Assembly (NCBI GenBank): GCA_965649295.1
Contig: CBFGKH010000006.1
Span: forward strand, 1 to 64,000
Origin: a candidate division WOR-3 bacterium
Lineage (GTDB): Bacteria; Hydrothermota; Tepidihabitantia; Tepidihabitantales; Tepidihabitantaceae
Length of the DNA: 64,000 bases
Direction of reading: 5' to 3'
Below are positions 19,665-29,500 of this stretch, in pieces. The notes beneath the pieces are model-generated. The model had not been told where the DNA came from and ran no database searches. It saw only the letters and a list, made by a program, of their open reading frames with translations. Position numbers and translations under genes: made by a program. Numbering within the stretch: the first letter of the stretch is position 1; each line of letters begins with the position of its first letter.

Positions 19665-20918
19665 ATGAGACGCATTCTGCACTTCGCTCGAACTGTCTGC
19701 ACCGGTTCGCTGGTGGTCACTCCTCTCCTCATCTTTCTTGCTGGCTGCTATGTCCCGGCCTATGTCGCGCCGTCAGCACCGGCTTCAGCCACTCCGCCAA
19801 CTGCCGCGGTGACGCCGGCTCCGAGCGAGGGCACCGCAGTACTGGCTGAGGGCGCGGCTGCTGTTGACGGCGACCCTGCCATTGCCCGGGACCGGGCGAT
19901 TCGTGACGGCTTGCGCAAGGCAGTGGAACAAGGGGTTGGCACCTATATCACATCTGAGACCAGGGTACAGAACTTCCAACTCCTCTCCGACCGCATCTAT
20001 TCCCAGGCCCAGGGTTATGTTTCGTCGTATCAGGTGCTGAGCGAGTGGCAGGAGGCCGGGCTTTATCGGGTTGCAGTCCGTGCCTGGGTGAAGCTCGACC
20101 GGTTGCAGGATGACCTGGCTGCGCTTGGTCTGTTGATTGAGCAGCAGGGCCGACCCCGGGTGATGGTAGTGGTGAGGGAGCTTGACAATCCGGCTGATAT
20201 CACGGTCACCGACCGGCTGATGTCCGAAGACCTGCTGGCGACGATGATTCTTGATGCTTTCCAGGCCCGGGGTTTTCCGGTAGTTGATGCGGCAACTGTT
20301 GCGGCCAACCTCCGGCGCGACCAGCTCCGGGCGATCCTCGCCGGTGACGACGCTGCCGCCCAGGCCCTGGGTCAGCGCACCGGTGCCGAGGTAGTGATTG
20401 CCGGCACGGCCCAGCGCGAAAGCGAACGCAAGACCGTTCCCTATTCGGGCACGGTTGCCGATTTCTACCGGTTCCGCATCGCCTGCCGGGCTATCAATGT
20501 TGCCACTGCCGGAGTGCTGGGTGCGGCAGCGCTCACCCGCGAAGTTCCGTTCAGCGTGGATGAAGCCCGCCGGGCTGTGGCTGAGTCAACTGCGGCGAAG
20601 CTGATTGGCGACATCGTTCGCAACTGGCAGCGCCGGATTGCCGCCCTCGAAATCCACTGCACCAACGCCGATTTTGACCGAGTGCAGCGGTTCCGTTCAG
20701 AGCTGCTCACTGGGGTACGCGGCGTACGCACGGTGGTGATTCGCGACCTGGCCGGCGGCCTGGCCCTGCTCGAAGTCACTGCCGAAACATCACCGCAGGA
20801 GATTGTGGACGACCTAACCCGCAAAAAACTGGCGGTCGAGTTTGTGGTCAAGGGGCTCACCGGCAACCGGATTGACATCAGCTTCACCCCTGCCACCAAG
20901 CCCGACCAAGGCCGATGA
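19665..20918 (+). CDS. Lipoprotein with FlgT N-terminal-like domain
   Basis: Lipobox LAGC, AEGAA....ARD.AI.D.LRKAVEQG.G..I.SET.V.NF. Confidence 0.72.
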   Translation: MRRILHFARTVCTGSLVVTPLLIFLAGCYVPAYVAPSAPASATPPTAAVTPAPSEGTAVLAEGAAAVDGDPAIARDRAIRDGLRKAVEQGVGTYITSETRVQNFQLLSDRIYSQAQGYVSSYQVLSEWQEAGLYRVAVRAWVKLDRLQDDLAALGLLIEQQGRPRVMVVVRELDNPADITVTDRLMSEDLLATMILDAFQARGFPVVDAATVAANLRRDQLRAILAGDDAAAQALGQRTGAEVVIAGTAQRESERKTVPYSGTVADFYRFRIACRAINVATAGVLGAAALTREVPFSVDEARRAVAESTAAKLIGDIVRNWQRRIAALEIHCTNADFDRVQRFRSELLTGVRGVRTVVIRDLAGGLALLEVTAETSPQEIVDDLTRKKLAVEFVVKGLTGNRIDISFTPATKPDQGR

Positions 20919-21055
20919 GAATCCGTTGCCTGTCCCTGTCTCCTCATCCTCTCCGTCTCCTTGCCCATACCCTTGGTGCCGTGGTGTCCTTGGTGGTTAA
21001 CTCCGACTTCGCTCGGGGCAAGATTGGTGGTAAGTCCTACTACCGGAGGTGGTAA

Positions 21056-21847
21056 ATGACCCGCACTCTGCTCTGTCTGCTCCTGGCTGCTGCCTTGGGC
21101 CTGACCTGCCTCGTCAGCTGCGACATTAGTGAGTTTGCGGCGACGATTGTCGTGGCCCAGGTAGCCAGAACGCTCAGCCCGGAGAGTAACACTGCTACTG
21201 TGCTGATTGGCAACGCCGAAATTGTGAACCTGCTCAACAATCAGCGCGAGTGGATGCGCCTGCCTAGCCCGCTCGATACCGCATTTGTCAACCCTTTTCC
21301 CGGCCAGATTGAGCCGGTGACCGGTGCGACCTGCCTGGTCAACTCGGACACGCTCGGGCCGAAACTGCCCGGCGTCTATTTCCGGGCGGCACTGGGACTA
21401 CAGCCCCGACAGCGCTACGACCTGGCCATCACCATGCCTGATGGTAATACCGTTACCGCCTATGGGTTTTTGCCCAGCGACTTCACCATCACCCAGCCGG
21501 TAACCGGCGACACGGTCCTCGATGACTGGACCTTGGCCGTTGCTTGGACTCGCGCTGACTCAGCCCAGACCTATCTTGTCGGCATCAACCCGACCGATAC
21601 TCTCAGCCCGGCCCAGGGCTGGTCCGACTCGCGGACCGACACAAGCTGCCTCGTTCCGGCCACAGCGTTTCGGGACTCGCTTGGCAACTATGTGCCGGGT
21701 GAATACCTACTCGGTGTCACAGCGGTCAACGGCGGCTGGCAGGGCAGTGGTCTTGACCTGTTTCTGAGTGGCGGCAACTTGAACGGCGCCAAGGGCGTGT
21801 TTGGCTGCGCGGTTTATGCCCGGCCGCTGCTCATCTACGCCCGCTAG
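21056..21847 (+). CDS. Hypothetical lipoprotein (DUF4249-like)
   Basis: Lipobox LVSC, GGAGGT RBS, beta-rich sequence. Confidence 0.65.
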   Translation: MTRTLLCLLLAAALGLTCLVSCDISEFAATIVVAQVARTLSPESNTATVLIGNAEIVNLLNNQREWMRLPSPLDTAFVNPFPGQIEPVTGATCLVNSDTLGPKLPGVYFRAALGLQPRQRYDLAITMPDGNTVTAYGFLPSDFTITQPVTGDTVLDDWTLAVAWTRADSAQTYLVGINPTDTLSPAQGWSDSRTDTSCLVPATAFRDSLGNYVPGEYLLGVTAVNGGWQGSGLDLFLSGGNLNGAKGVFGCAVYARPLLIYAR

Positions 21848-21851
21848 GGTT

Positions 21852-23261
21852 CTAGTCGCTCGTGTAGAGCGTCAGTCGGTCCGAGCGCACCAGTAGTTCG
21901 ATACTGCCGCCGGCAATGATGTCGCCGGCAATTACGTCCTGGGCCCGGGCCGGCAACTGAATCCGTTGCCCAACCGTCAGGTCCGGATTGAGAATCAGCA
22001 ACTCTGGCTGGTCAAACCGCGAGGGATAGAAGAGCGGGTCCGGACAGACCAGCACCTGCCGAACTGACGAGAGGACAATCTCGACCCGACGGTCTCCGTC
22101 TAGGTCAGCAAGCAGCCGTAGTCGCCAGAGCTGCTTTGAGCCGGTTGCACCGGTGTCGGATTGGAGCACACCGGTCTGGTCAAGTCGGCCTTCGGCATAG
22201 CGATAGACGGCTACCCCGGCCACTGGTCCAGACCAGGCCGCCACAATCTCGTTCTGGCCATCACCGTCAAGGTCTGCACAGCCTACTGACTCAAACGACC
22301 GTCCCGTCCCATCATCACTCTGGGCCAGGATTTGGCCAGTCCTGCCGTCGAGTACAAACAGCCCACCGCCGTCCTGTCCCCAGGTGTGACAGGCAGCAAC
22401 CACCTCGCGCCGGCCATCACCGTCAAGGTCTGCAGCCAGCACCCGGCAGCCAGCAAAAGTCCAGGCCCCAAATGCCTGCTGCCAGACAAGCTCGCCTCCG
22501 TCAGTGAGCACCAGGCAGTAGCAGGAATCGGTGTCGCTGGTATTGTTCACCCTGATGCCGTGCTCCTCGCTGTAGGTACCCACCAGCAGCTCCTCGATAG
22601 TATCACCGGTCAAATCGGTCACTGCCCAGACAAAAGGCCGGCTAGCCAAGCGATAGACCCAGGCCTTGCTCCGCTCACCAAGGTCAAAAGCCCTAATCCC
22701 ATAATCGGGGTAATGGCCACCAGTCGGCTTGAGGCGAGTTGTAATGGCAAACAGCCGGCCATTGATCGAGAGAATCCACGCCAGCGGCTCTGGCCGCTCC
22801 TGCAGCTCGGGTGGTAGTCGGGCAAACCTAGGCCTGACACCGCGCTTTGCTGTCGGTACGATTCTGACCCCAGGGTCAAGCGGCGACCGAAAATTGGACT
22901 TGGGCAAGCCGTCACTGTTCAACACGAGATTCGGCTGGTCCCCAATCGGAAAGAGCAGAATCTCCAGTTTACCGTCACTGTCCAGGTCAGCAGTTCCCAA
23001 GGCCATTCCCTCGGCGCTAGCCATCGGCACCTGCTCGTGGTCGGCCAATAAGAAGTGCTCGGCCTCCCAAGCCTCGCGGTAGTGCAGCTCTCTTGCTGAC
23101 CCCTTGCCTGACTGGCCAAAGTAGAGCAGGTTCTGGCGGGTTGCACCCCACCAGAGCCAGGGCTGGGGCTGCGGCTGCGGCCGTTCGCAGCCACCGAGCA
23201 ATAGCAGGGCCAGCACCAAGGCTTGGCTAGTTACTGCCCTGCCAGGACCTGACCAGCTCAC
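21852..23261 (-). CDS. FG-GAP/VCBS repeat lipoprotein
   Basis: Several ADLDGDG..E repeats, lipobox LGGC; start uncertain. Confidence 0.8.
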   Translation of the reverse strand: MSWSGPGRAVTSQALVLALLLLGGCERPQPQPQPWLWWGATRQNLLYFGQSGKGSARELHYREAWEAEHFLLADHEQVPMASAEGMALGTADLDSDGKLEILLFPIGDQPNLVLNSDGLPKSNFRSPLDPGVRIVPTAKRGVRPRFARLPPELQERPEPLAWILSINGRLFAITTRLKPTGGHYPDYGIRAFDLGERSKAWVYRLASRPFVWAVTDLTGDTIEELLVGTYSEEHGIRVNNTSDTDSCYCLVLTDGGELVWQQAFGAWTFAGCRVLAADLDGDGRREVVAACHTWGQDGGGLFVLDGRTGQILAQSDDGTGRSFESVGCADLDGDGQNEIVAAWSGPVAGVAVYRYAEGRLDQTGVLQSDTGATGSKQLWRLRLLADLDGDRRVEIVLSSVRQVLVCPDPLFYPSRFDQPELLILNPDLTVGQRIQLPARAQDVIAGDIIAGGSIELLVRSDRLTLYTSD

Positions 23262-24237
23262 TAACGACCTCCCGATATCGCACCGCTCCCTGTGCGGTCA
23301 CCTGCACCAGCTCGTCCTGACGCTCGAGTAGACCGCGCTGGACCAGTTCCCGCACTTTGCCCGGTTGGATTAGCTTCGCTTCAAGCCCGAAAGGCAGAAA
23401 TAGCTCGACCAGCCGCCTGGGGCTCGCCGGCAACAGTACCGCCTCACCGGCCAGGGCCTGCCGGACATAGCCGTCAAATTCCGGCCGATTGAACCACGCC
23501 TCGCGGTCGCCAATCGTCGGTGCTGCCGGGCCAAAGCCCACAAGCCGCGCCTGGCCCGGCCGACCCGGATAGCGCTGGGCCGCCTTGCCCGGCCGGGCAT
23601 AGTAGTGAAGGCCAATCCGCTCATAGCCCTGGCTAGCCAGCCGCTCGGCAGTGCGTCGCACTATCCCCAGCATCGTCAGCTCATCAAACCGGGCTGGCAG
23701 CCAGCAGCGCAGACAGTCTGGGCCCAAGCTGAGGATGGCGTCAAGCCGACGCTCCCATTCTCGACCATCAGGGCTGAACGGCAGCGCCACTTCTATCGCC
23801 CTGAAGCTGGCCGACCGGAGCAGTTCAAAGTCACCCCGCTCTCGGTCAGGGTCGGTGACAAACAGCACCGCCCGGTCAAAACCAGACTCGGCCAGCACCT
23901 TGGCCCGACCGGCATCAACTGTTCCCGGCACCACTGTAATCGCTTGAGCGGCCAGCCGGCTGCTGAAATTGTCGTAGAGAACCTGCAGCACCCGATAGAG
24001 ACTGTCGAGGCTCAGCCGGGTTGCCCCACCACCGAGCCAGACAGTGTCAAGCTCGACCCCGCGAAAACCGCCGGCCCGCTGGCCAATCTCCCGACAGACC
24101 GCCTCGACAAACCGCGCTGCCTTTTTCGGATTGGGGCTGGTTGCCGGACAGCCGGTGTCCGGGTCTGGATAGGGGCCAAATGGCACGACCAGGACAGCAC
24201 AGCCGGCGACAACCGGTTCCAGCCCCTGGCCCTGCAC
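23227..24237 (-). CDS. Degenerate HemN/HemW-like protein lacking the radical-SAM Cys motif
   Basis: DTVWLGGG, GFGPAA, HemN-like C-terminus, downstream of lepB; VPFGPYPDPDTGC replaces CxxxCxxC. Confidence 0.7.
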   Translation of the reverse strand: MQGQGLEPVVAGCAVLVVPFGPYPDPDTGCPATSPNPKKAARFVEAVCREIGQRAGGFRGVELDTVWLGGGATRLSLDSLYRVLQVLYDNFSSRLAAQAITVVPGTVDAGRAKVLAESGFDRAVLFVTDPDRERGDFELLRSASFRAIEVALPFSPDGREWERRLDAILSLGPDCLRCWLPARFDELTMLGIVRRTAERLASQGYERIGLHYYARPGKAAQRYPGRPGQARLVGFGPAAPTIGDREAWFNRPEFDGYVRQALAGEAVLLPASPRRLVELFLPFGLEAKLIQPGKVRELVQRGLLERQDELVQVTAQGAVRYREVVSELVRSWQGSN

Positions 24238-24242
24238 TGCCG

Positions 24243-25052
24243 CTATCTGACCAGCCGGCCGATTCGATTGAGACGGATGGCCCAGGGCGAGAGGATGATT
24301 TTCGGGATGTTGGGCGGGTTGGTCGCTGCGCTCGTCGAGAAGTAGAGCACCAGCGGCTTGCCCTTGACGTATTCGACTGGAAGCGGGCCGAAGAACCGGC
24401 TGTCCTCGGAGTCATCCCGATTATCGCCCATCACAAAGATACAGCCCGGCGGCACCACCACCGGACCAAACTGGTCCCGAACATACGGCGTGTACTGGGT
24501 GCGGAAAAAGGCCTGCCGCTCCCAGAGCTCCTGAAAGTTGGGCGGCACCGGCACCAGTCCGGGAAACGTCCGCGTGTCCGAGTGGGTGACATACGGCTCT
24601 GCCGGTCGCCGGCCATTGACATAGAGCGTCTTGTCCCGGTACTCGACTGTGTCACCAGCCACCGCCACACAGCGCTTCACCAGCGTCAGCGGCACATACC
24701 ACTGAAAGAACTTGGTCTCGGTGTTCCAGAAAAGCGGCAGCACCGGCAGCCAGCTCGGAAAGATGCGGCGGGCATTGGGCGGGACGTCCGGGTCAAGCGG
24801 GAATCGGAAGATGACGATGTCGCCCGGCCGCGGGTCGCGCACCCGAATCACGGTTCGACCCGAGAAAGGCAGCTTCACACCAAAGACAAACTTATTCACC
24901 AGCATGAAGTCGCCGATAAAGATGGTGTTCAGCATCGAGCCAGTCGGCACCATGAACGCCTCGACGAGAAACGACCGAATCAGGAGCACCGCGACAATGA
25001 CCGGTCCCCATTCGGCTGCCTGCCGCCGCAGCCAGCGCCCAAGTCGGTTCAT
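24243..25052 (-). CDS. lepB: Signal peptidase I
   Basis: VPTGSM, GD...VNK, VKRC, MGDNRD.S.DSRF.G. Confidence 0.95.
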   Translation of the reverse strand: MNRLGRWLRRQAAEWGPVIVAVLLIRSFLVEAFMVPTGSMLNTIFIGDFMLVNKFVFGVKLPFSGRTVIRVRDPRPGDIVIFRFPLDPDVPPNARRIFPSWLPVLPLFWNTETKFFQWYVPLTLVKRCVAVAGDTVEYRDKTLYVNGRRPAEPYVTHSDTRTFPGLVPVPPNFQELWERQAFFRTQYTPYVRDQFGPVVVPPGCIFVMGDNRDDSEDSRFFGPLPVEYVKGKPLVLYFSTSAATNPPNIPKIILSPWAIRLNRIGRLVR

Positions 25053-25298
25053 CAGTCGCCACCCCTAGCCCTGGTCTGGCGACTGCATCGGCAGCTTGCT
25101 GCCCTCAGTATGGGATAACTTGGCATTGGGGCGTAGTCTAGCGGACGCCGCCGAATGAGTCAAACCGCCACTACCCATCGCTCCCTCTTGACCCCAGCAT
25201 CTCCCCGTGGCATATTCTTCCGATGGCGATTGCCAGTCCCCTCACCCGACCTAGTAACTTCACTGAGGTACATTCCTAGCCGCCAAGCTCCGTCCTGC

Positions 25299-26468
25299 TT
25301 GCTGAACGATTCACAAACCCCAGCCACCACCGAACGAGCGGTAACGCTACGTGACCTCGCCGCTGTCTTTCTGCGGATTGGCGCAGTCGGTTTCGGCGGT
25401 GGTGTCGGTATGCTGGCCCTCATCCGCGATGCCGTTGTCAAACGCCGGCAGTGGGTGTCGGAAGAACAGTTGTCGGTAGCAGTGGCGATGGGCCAGCTCC
25501 TGCCCGGGCCGTTTGTCACAAACTATGTCGAGTACATCGGCTACCGCCTCTGTGGTTGGCCCGGTCTGGTCGTGGCCGTGGTCAGCCTGCTACTCCCCTG
25601 TTTCGTGCTGATGGTTGGCCTGTCTGCGCTTTACTTCCGTTTCGGCTCCGTGCCCGTCGTGATGCGCATCTTTGCTGGGGTTCAGCCGGTGGTAGTCGCG
25701 ATTCTCGCTTGGGCAACGCTCGACATCGGCCGAACCAACATCAGGACAACACCGGCACTAGTTATCGGACTCGCCGCAGCGGTCGCGCTCCTTCTCCGGG
25801 CCGACGTCCTCTTTGTCGTGCTCGGCTGCGGCCTGCTGGGCATCATCCTGAGTGGTGCCTGGCGAACATGGTCGCCCAATCGCACCGCGGCCTTGGCACC
25901 GGTGTCGTTTCTTCTCGGGTCAATGGCCGGGGCCGGACTACCAGCAGTGCTAAGTCGGGCCGGCGAGCTGTTGATGGTATTTCTCAAGATTGGCACTGTC
26001 ATCTTTGGTGGTGGCTTTGCCGCGATTCCGTTTCTCCAGTATGAGGTCGTCACCCTTCACCGCTGGCTCACTACCACCGAGTTCATCAACGGCGTTGCCC
26101 TTGGCCAAATTACACCCGGGCCGGTAGCAATCACCGGTGCGTTTATCGGCTACAAGGTCCTCGGCCTGCCCGGAGCAATCCTAGCCACGGTCGGCACTGT
26201 CCTCCCTTCGACGCTGATGCTTGTCGGCCTGATTCACGTCTATCAGCGCATCGAGCAGCAGCCACTGGTGCGCGGTTTTCTTGCCGGGGTGATGCCGGCA
26301 GTTGTCGGAATGCTGCTGGTAGCAACGGTAACAATCGGCTCGACAGCGATTACCGGCCTGGTGCCGGCACTGGTTGCCATCCTCGCCCTGGCTCTACTGT
26401 TGCGGTTTCGGCCCGACCCAATCTGGCTCATTGTTGGTGGCGGCATTATCGGTCTGGTTACCGGCTGA
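25299..26468 (+). CDS. chrA: Chromate efflux transporter (long-chain CHR)
   Basis: Two CHR halves (F..IG...FGGG, PGP); start uncertain (ORF is open from 25155). Confidence 0.88.
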   Translation: MLNDSQTPATTERAVTLRDLAAVFLRIGAVGFGGGVGMLALIRDAVVKRRQWVSEEQLSVAVAMGQLLPGPFVTNYVEYIGYRLCGWPGLVVAVVSLLLPCFVLMVGLSALYFRFGSVPVVMRIFAGVQPVVVAILAWATLDIGRTNIRTTPALVIGLAAAVALLLRADVLFVVLGCGLLGIILSGAWRTWSPNRTAALAPVSFLLGSMAGAGLPAVLSRAGELLMVFLKIGTVIFGGGFAAIPFLQYEVVTLHRWLTTTEFINGVALGQITPGPVAITGAFIGYKVLGLPGAILATVGTVLPSTLMLVGLIHVYQRIEQQPLVRGFLAGVMPAVVGMLLVATVTIGSTAITGLVPALVAILALALLLRFRPDPIWLIVGGGIIGLVTG

Positions 26469-26555
26469 TGACGTTACCCAATCGCGGATTGCTTCCCTAT
26501 CACCAGCCTGGTGGGAACGGTTTGACCCAAGCATGATGGCGGTTAGGATTTGAAG

Positions 26556-29500
26556 ATGAGTCGCTCGCTGCCCGCGCTCTGCTACCTCTTTGCACTCACT
26601 GGCCTTGCTCTTGCCCAGGAACCGGTAGAACTGATTGCGGCTGATTCCCGCCAAGTGGTCTTCGAACTCTCGCTCGATTCGGTCACAATCGTCACTGATC
26701 CCGCCGGTGTTGCCTTACTGGCGCCCGGCTGGTACAGCCTCGACGAACCCGGCGACCTCGACATCCCCTGCCGCGACGTGCTGGTGGGCATTCCGCCTGG
26801 TGCTCGGCCGGTGCTCGCTGCTCGGCCGCTGCTGACCGAGACGATGGCCGATGTCCGGCTGCGCCGCATACCGGCTTTTGCCGAACACAGCTCTGACCAG
26901 CCTGAACCGCTCACCGCTGAATCCCAAACCCCACCCTTGGCAGAAATCGTCGCTATAGAACGTTTTCGTGACATTCAGGTTGCCCGGGTTCGAGTCCGTG
27001 CCGCCCGACCCAACCTGCCGGCGAACGGGATTGAGCTTCTGCGCCGGTTACAGGTGACGGTAAGTTTCCGGGGCGGAGAAAGAGCACCCCAGTCTGCCAA
27101 CACTAGCCCAGCGCCGGCGCTCGATTCAGCCCTGGCTCGGATGCTTGTGAACGGCAATCAGGCTCTTAGCTGGAAACAGGCACCAAGCGACCAAGATTCT
27201 GTTAACTTCTTCAGCCGCTCCGCGGTCTGGGTCAAGGTCGAGATCGAGACGACTGGCATCTACCAGATTCGGCCTGCTGACTTGCGTGAGCTCGGCTTCA
27301 ACCCGGACGCGATTGACCCGGCAACCCTGCGGCTCTACGGCCTTGGCCGCCACATCGAGAACGGCCCTTATGGCGACACGATCGCCGAGGTTGCAGTCTT
27401 GGTCTCCGATAACGGCAACAACCGGTTTGACGGCAGTGACTACCTGGCATTCTACGCTGAATCCCCGTCCTACTGGCAACGGGCTGACTCACTATGGAGA
27501 ACCAATCCGTTTACCACCCGCGCCTGTTTCTGGCTTACCTGGGGAACTGGCCCGGGCCGCCGGATGGCTGAAGTTTCGGGCGGCGGAGCAACCTCGCCCC
27601 GGACAACGGCATTCCGCCGGGTCCGTCTTGAGCGTGACGAACTCTGTCCGGCCCGGTCCGGACTCCTCTGGCTCTGGCAGTATTTCTACAAAGCGTCCGG
27701 CCCGATTCCGGTGGACACCGCCGTTGTGCTTGACCTGCCAGAGCGGGACACGATTCTGCGGATTGCCGGTCGGCTGATTGGCCGCTACAGCGGCGATGTT
27801 TCGGTCCCCTATCCCTTGATTCTCTCGCTCAACGGATTTGTGCTCGACACCGTGACTGTCACTGCTCGGGCCCAGACTCCGCCGCCTTGCGACTTTGTTT
27901 TCGATTCCCTACCCCTGCTCGTTGCCGCCCGACCCAACTTGACCGACAGCCTTGGCTTCCTGCTCTATCCGGAGCGCGAGGAAGAGCTCTTCCTTGACTA
28001 CCTCGAAGTTGACTACATCGCCCGGCTTCGCCTGACCCGCGACCGGCCTTTCATCGAGTTCTCGGTGCGCGACAGTGGCGGCGCCGACTTTGAAATTAGT
28101 GGCGCACCAGAGAATACGGTCGTCGTTGATGCAACCGACCCGATAGCGCCAAAGCTCATCCGACTTGGCACCAAGACAAGCCGCGGCCTGGCTTTGCGAC
28201 TGGTTCCCAGCGCCGTACCGGCCCGGATTGCCTGTGCCCTTCCCGATCATCTGCGCCGGCCAGTTCTGAGCCGCCAGCAACCCGGCACTCTGCGCAGCCC
28301 GTCGGTTGCTGCCGACTACTGCATCATTTGCCCGGATGAGTTCTACGACGCGGCCGTAATTCTCGCTCGCTATCGTGAGAACAATGTCCCTGGTCTGCCC
28401 ATGGCTCGGGCTCAGGCTTTCCGGCTCTCGGAGATCTACAACGACTACGCTTTTGGCTGGGAAGAACCAGGTGCCATCAAAGCCTTTCTGCGGGCCAAAC
28501 GTCCTCAATATGTGCTGCTGGCCGGCGACGGCACCTATGACTATCGCAATATCCTCGGTCTGCGCACGAACCCAACCCTGCCACCATATGAGACCGGCAT
28601 TGACATTGATCCCGAGGTCTATGGCCGCACTGCCAAAGCACTCGACGCCTGGTATGCCGACCTCGATGGTGCCGGGTCCAGCCCGGACCTGATTCTCGGT
28701 CGGATAACCTGTCGCAGTGCGGTTGAGCTTCGCCTCTTTCTCGATAAGGTGAAAGAATATGAATCCCAGCCACCCGGGTACTGGGCGAAACGGTTCATTC
28801 TGCTCGCTGACGACGAATACCTTGGCACAGTCACCCGCCGCGACCCGATTGGCTTTCAGCACATCTTCGGCTCTGAGGCGATGGCCACCCGGGCCACACC
28901 CCTGCTCGACCCGGTAAAAATCTACCTTACCGAGTGGCCGCCAGGTGACCGGGGTCGTTCCGAACTGGCCCTGCGCAACGAACTCGACCGCGGCGCCCTG
29001 CTCTGGTGCTTCTATGGTCACGGCGCCGGATTTCAGCTCAACCACGAGAAGACCCTCGAAATTGCCAAGGTGCGCAACATCCGCAACGGTCGCCGCCTGC
29101 CTCTGGCATTCTTCGGCTCCTGCGGCGTGGGCCGGTTCGACGACACCCGGTTCGAGGCAATTGCCGAGGAGCTGGTCAGGTTTGACCAGGGCTGCATCGC
29201 CACAATCGGCGCAACCAAGGCGACCGAGTCTGGTGGTAATGAATACTTGGCCGGAATTCTCTTCCCTTATCTAATGAACAACCCCAGCCTGCCGATTGGC
29301 CCCGCGTTCTACTCTGCCTACACCCAAGCCAATACCCTCTACCATCTGTTTGGCGACCCGGCAACAAGGCTGCGGATGCCGGTCTTGGGGCCAGAACCAA
29401 TTGCCCTACCTGACACTTTCTACCCCGGTGCCCGCATCACTGCCAGTTGTTCGGTTTCAGCCCAGAGTGGCTGGTTTGGACTGGCTACCCACGAGGCCAA

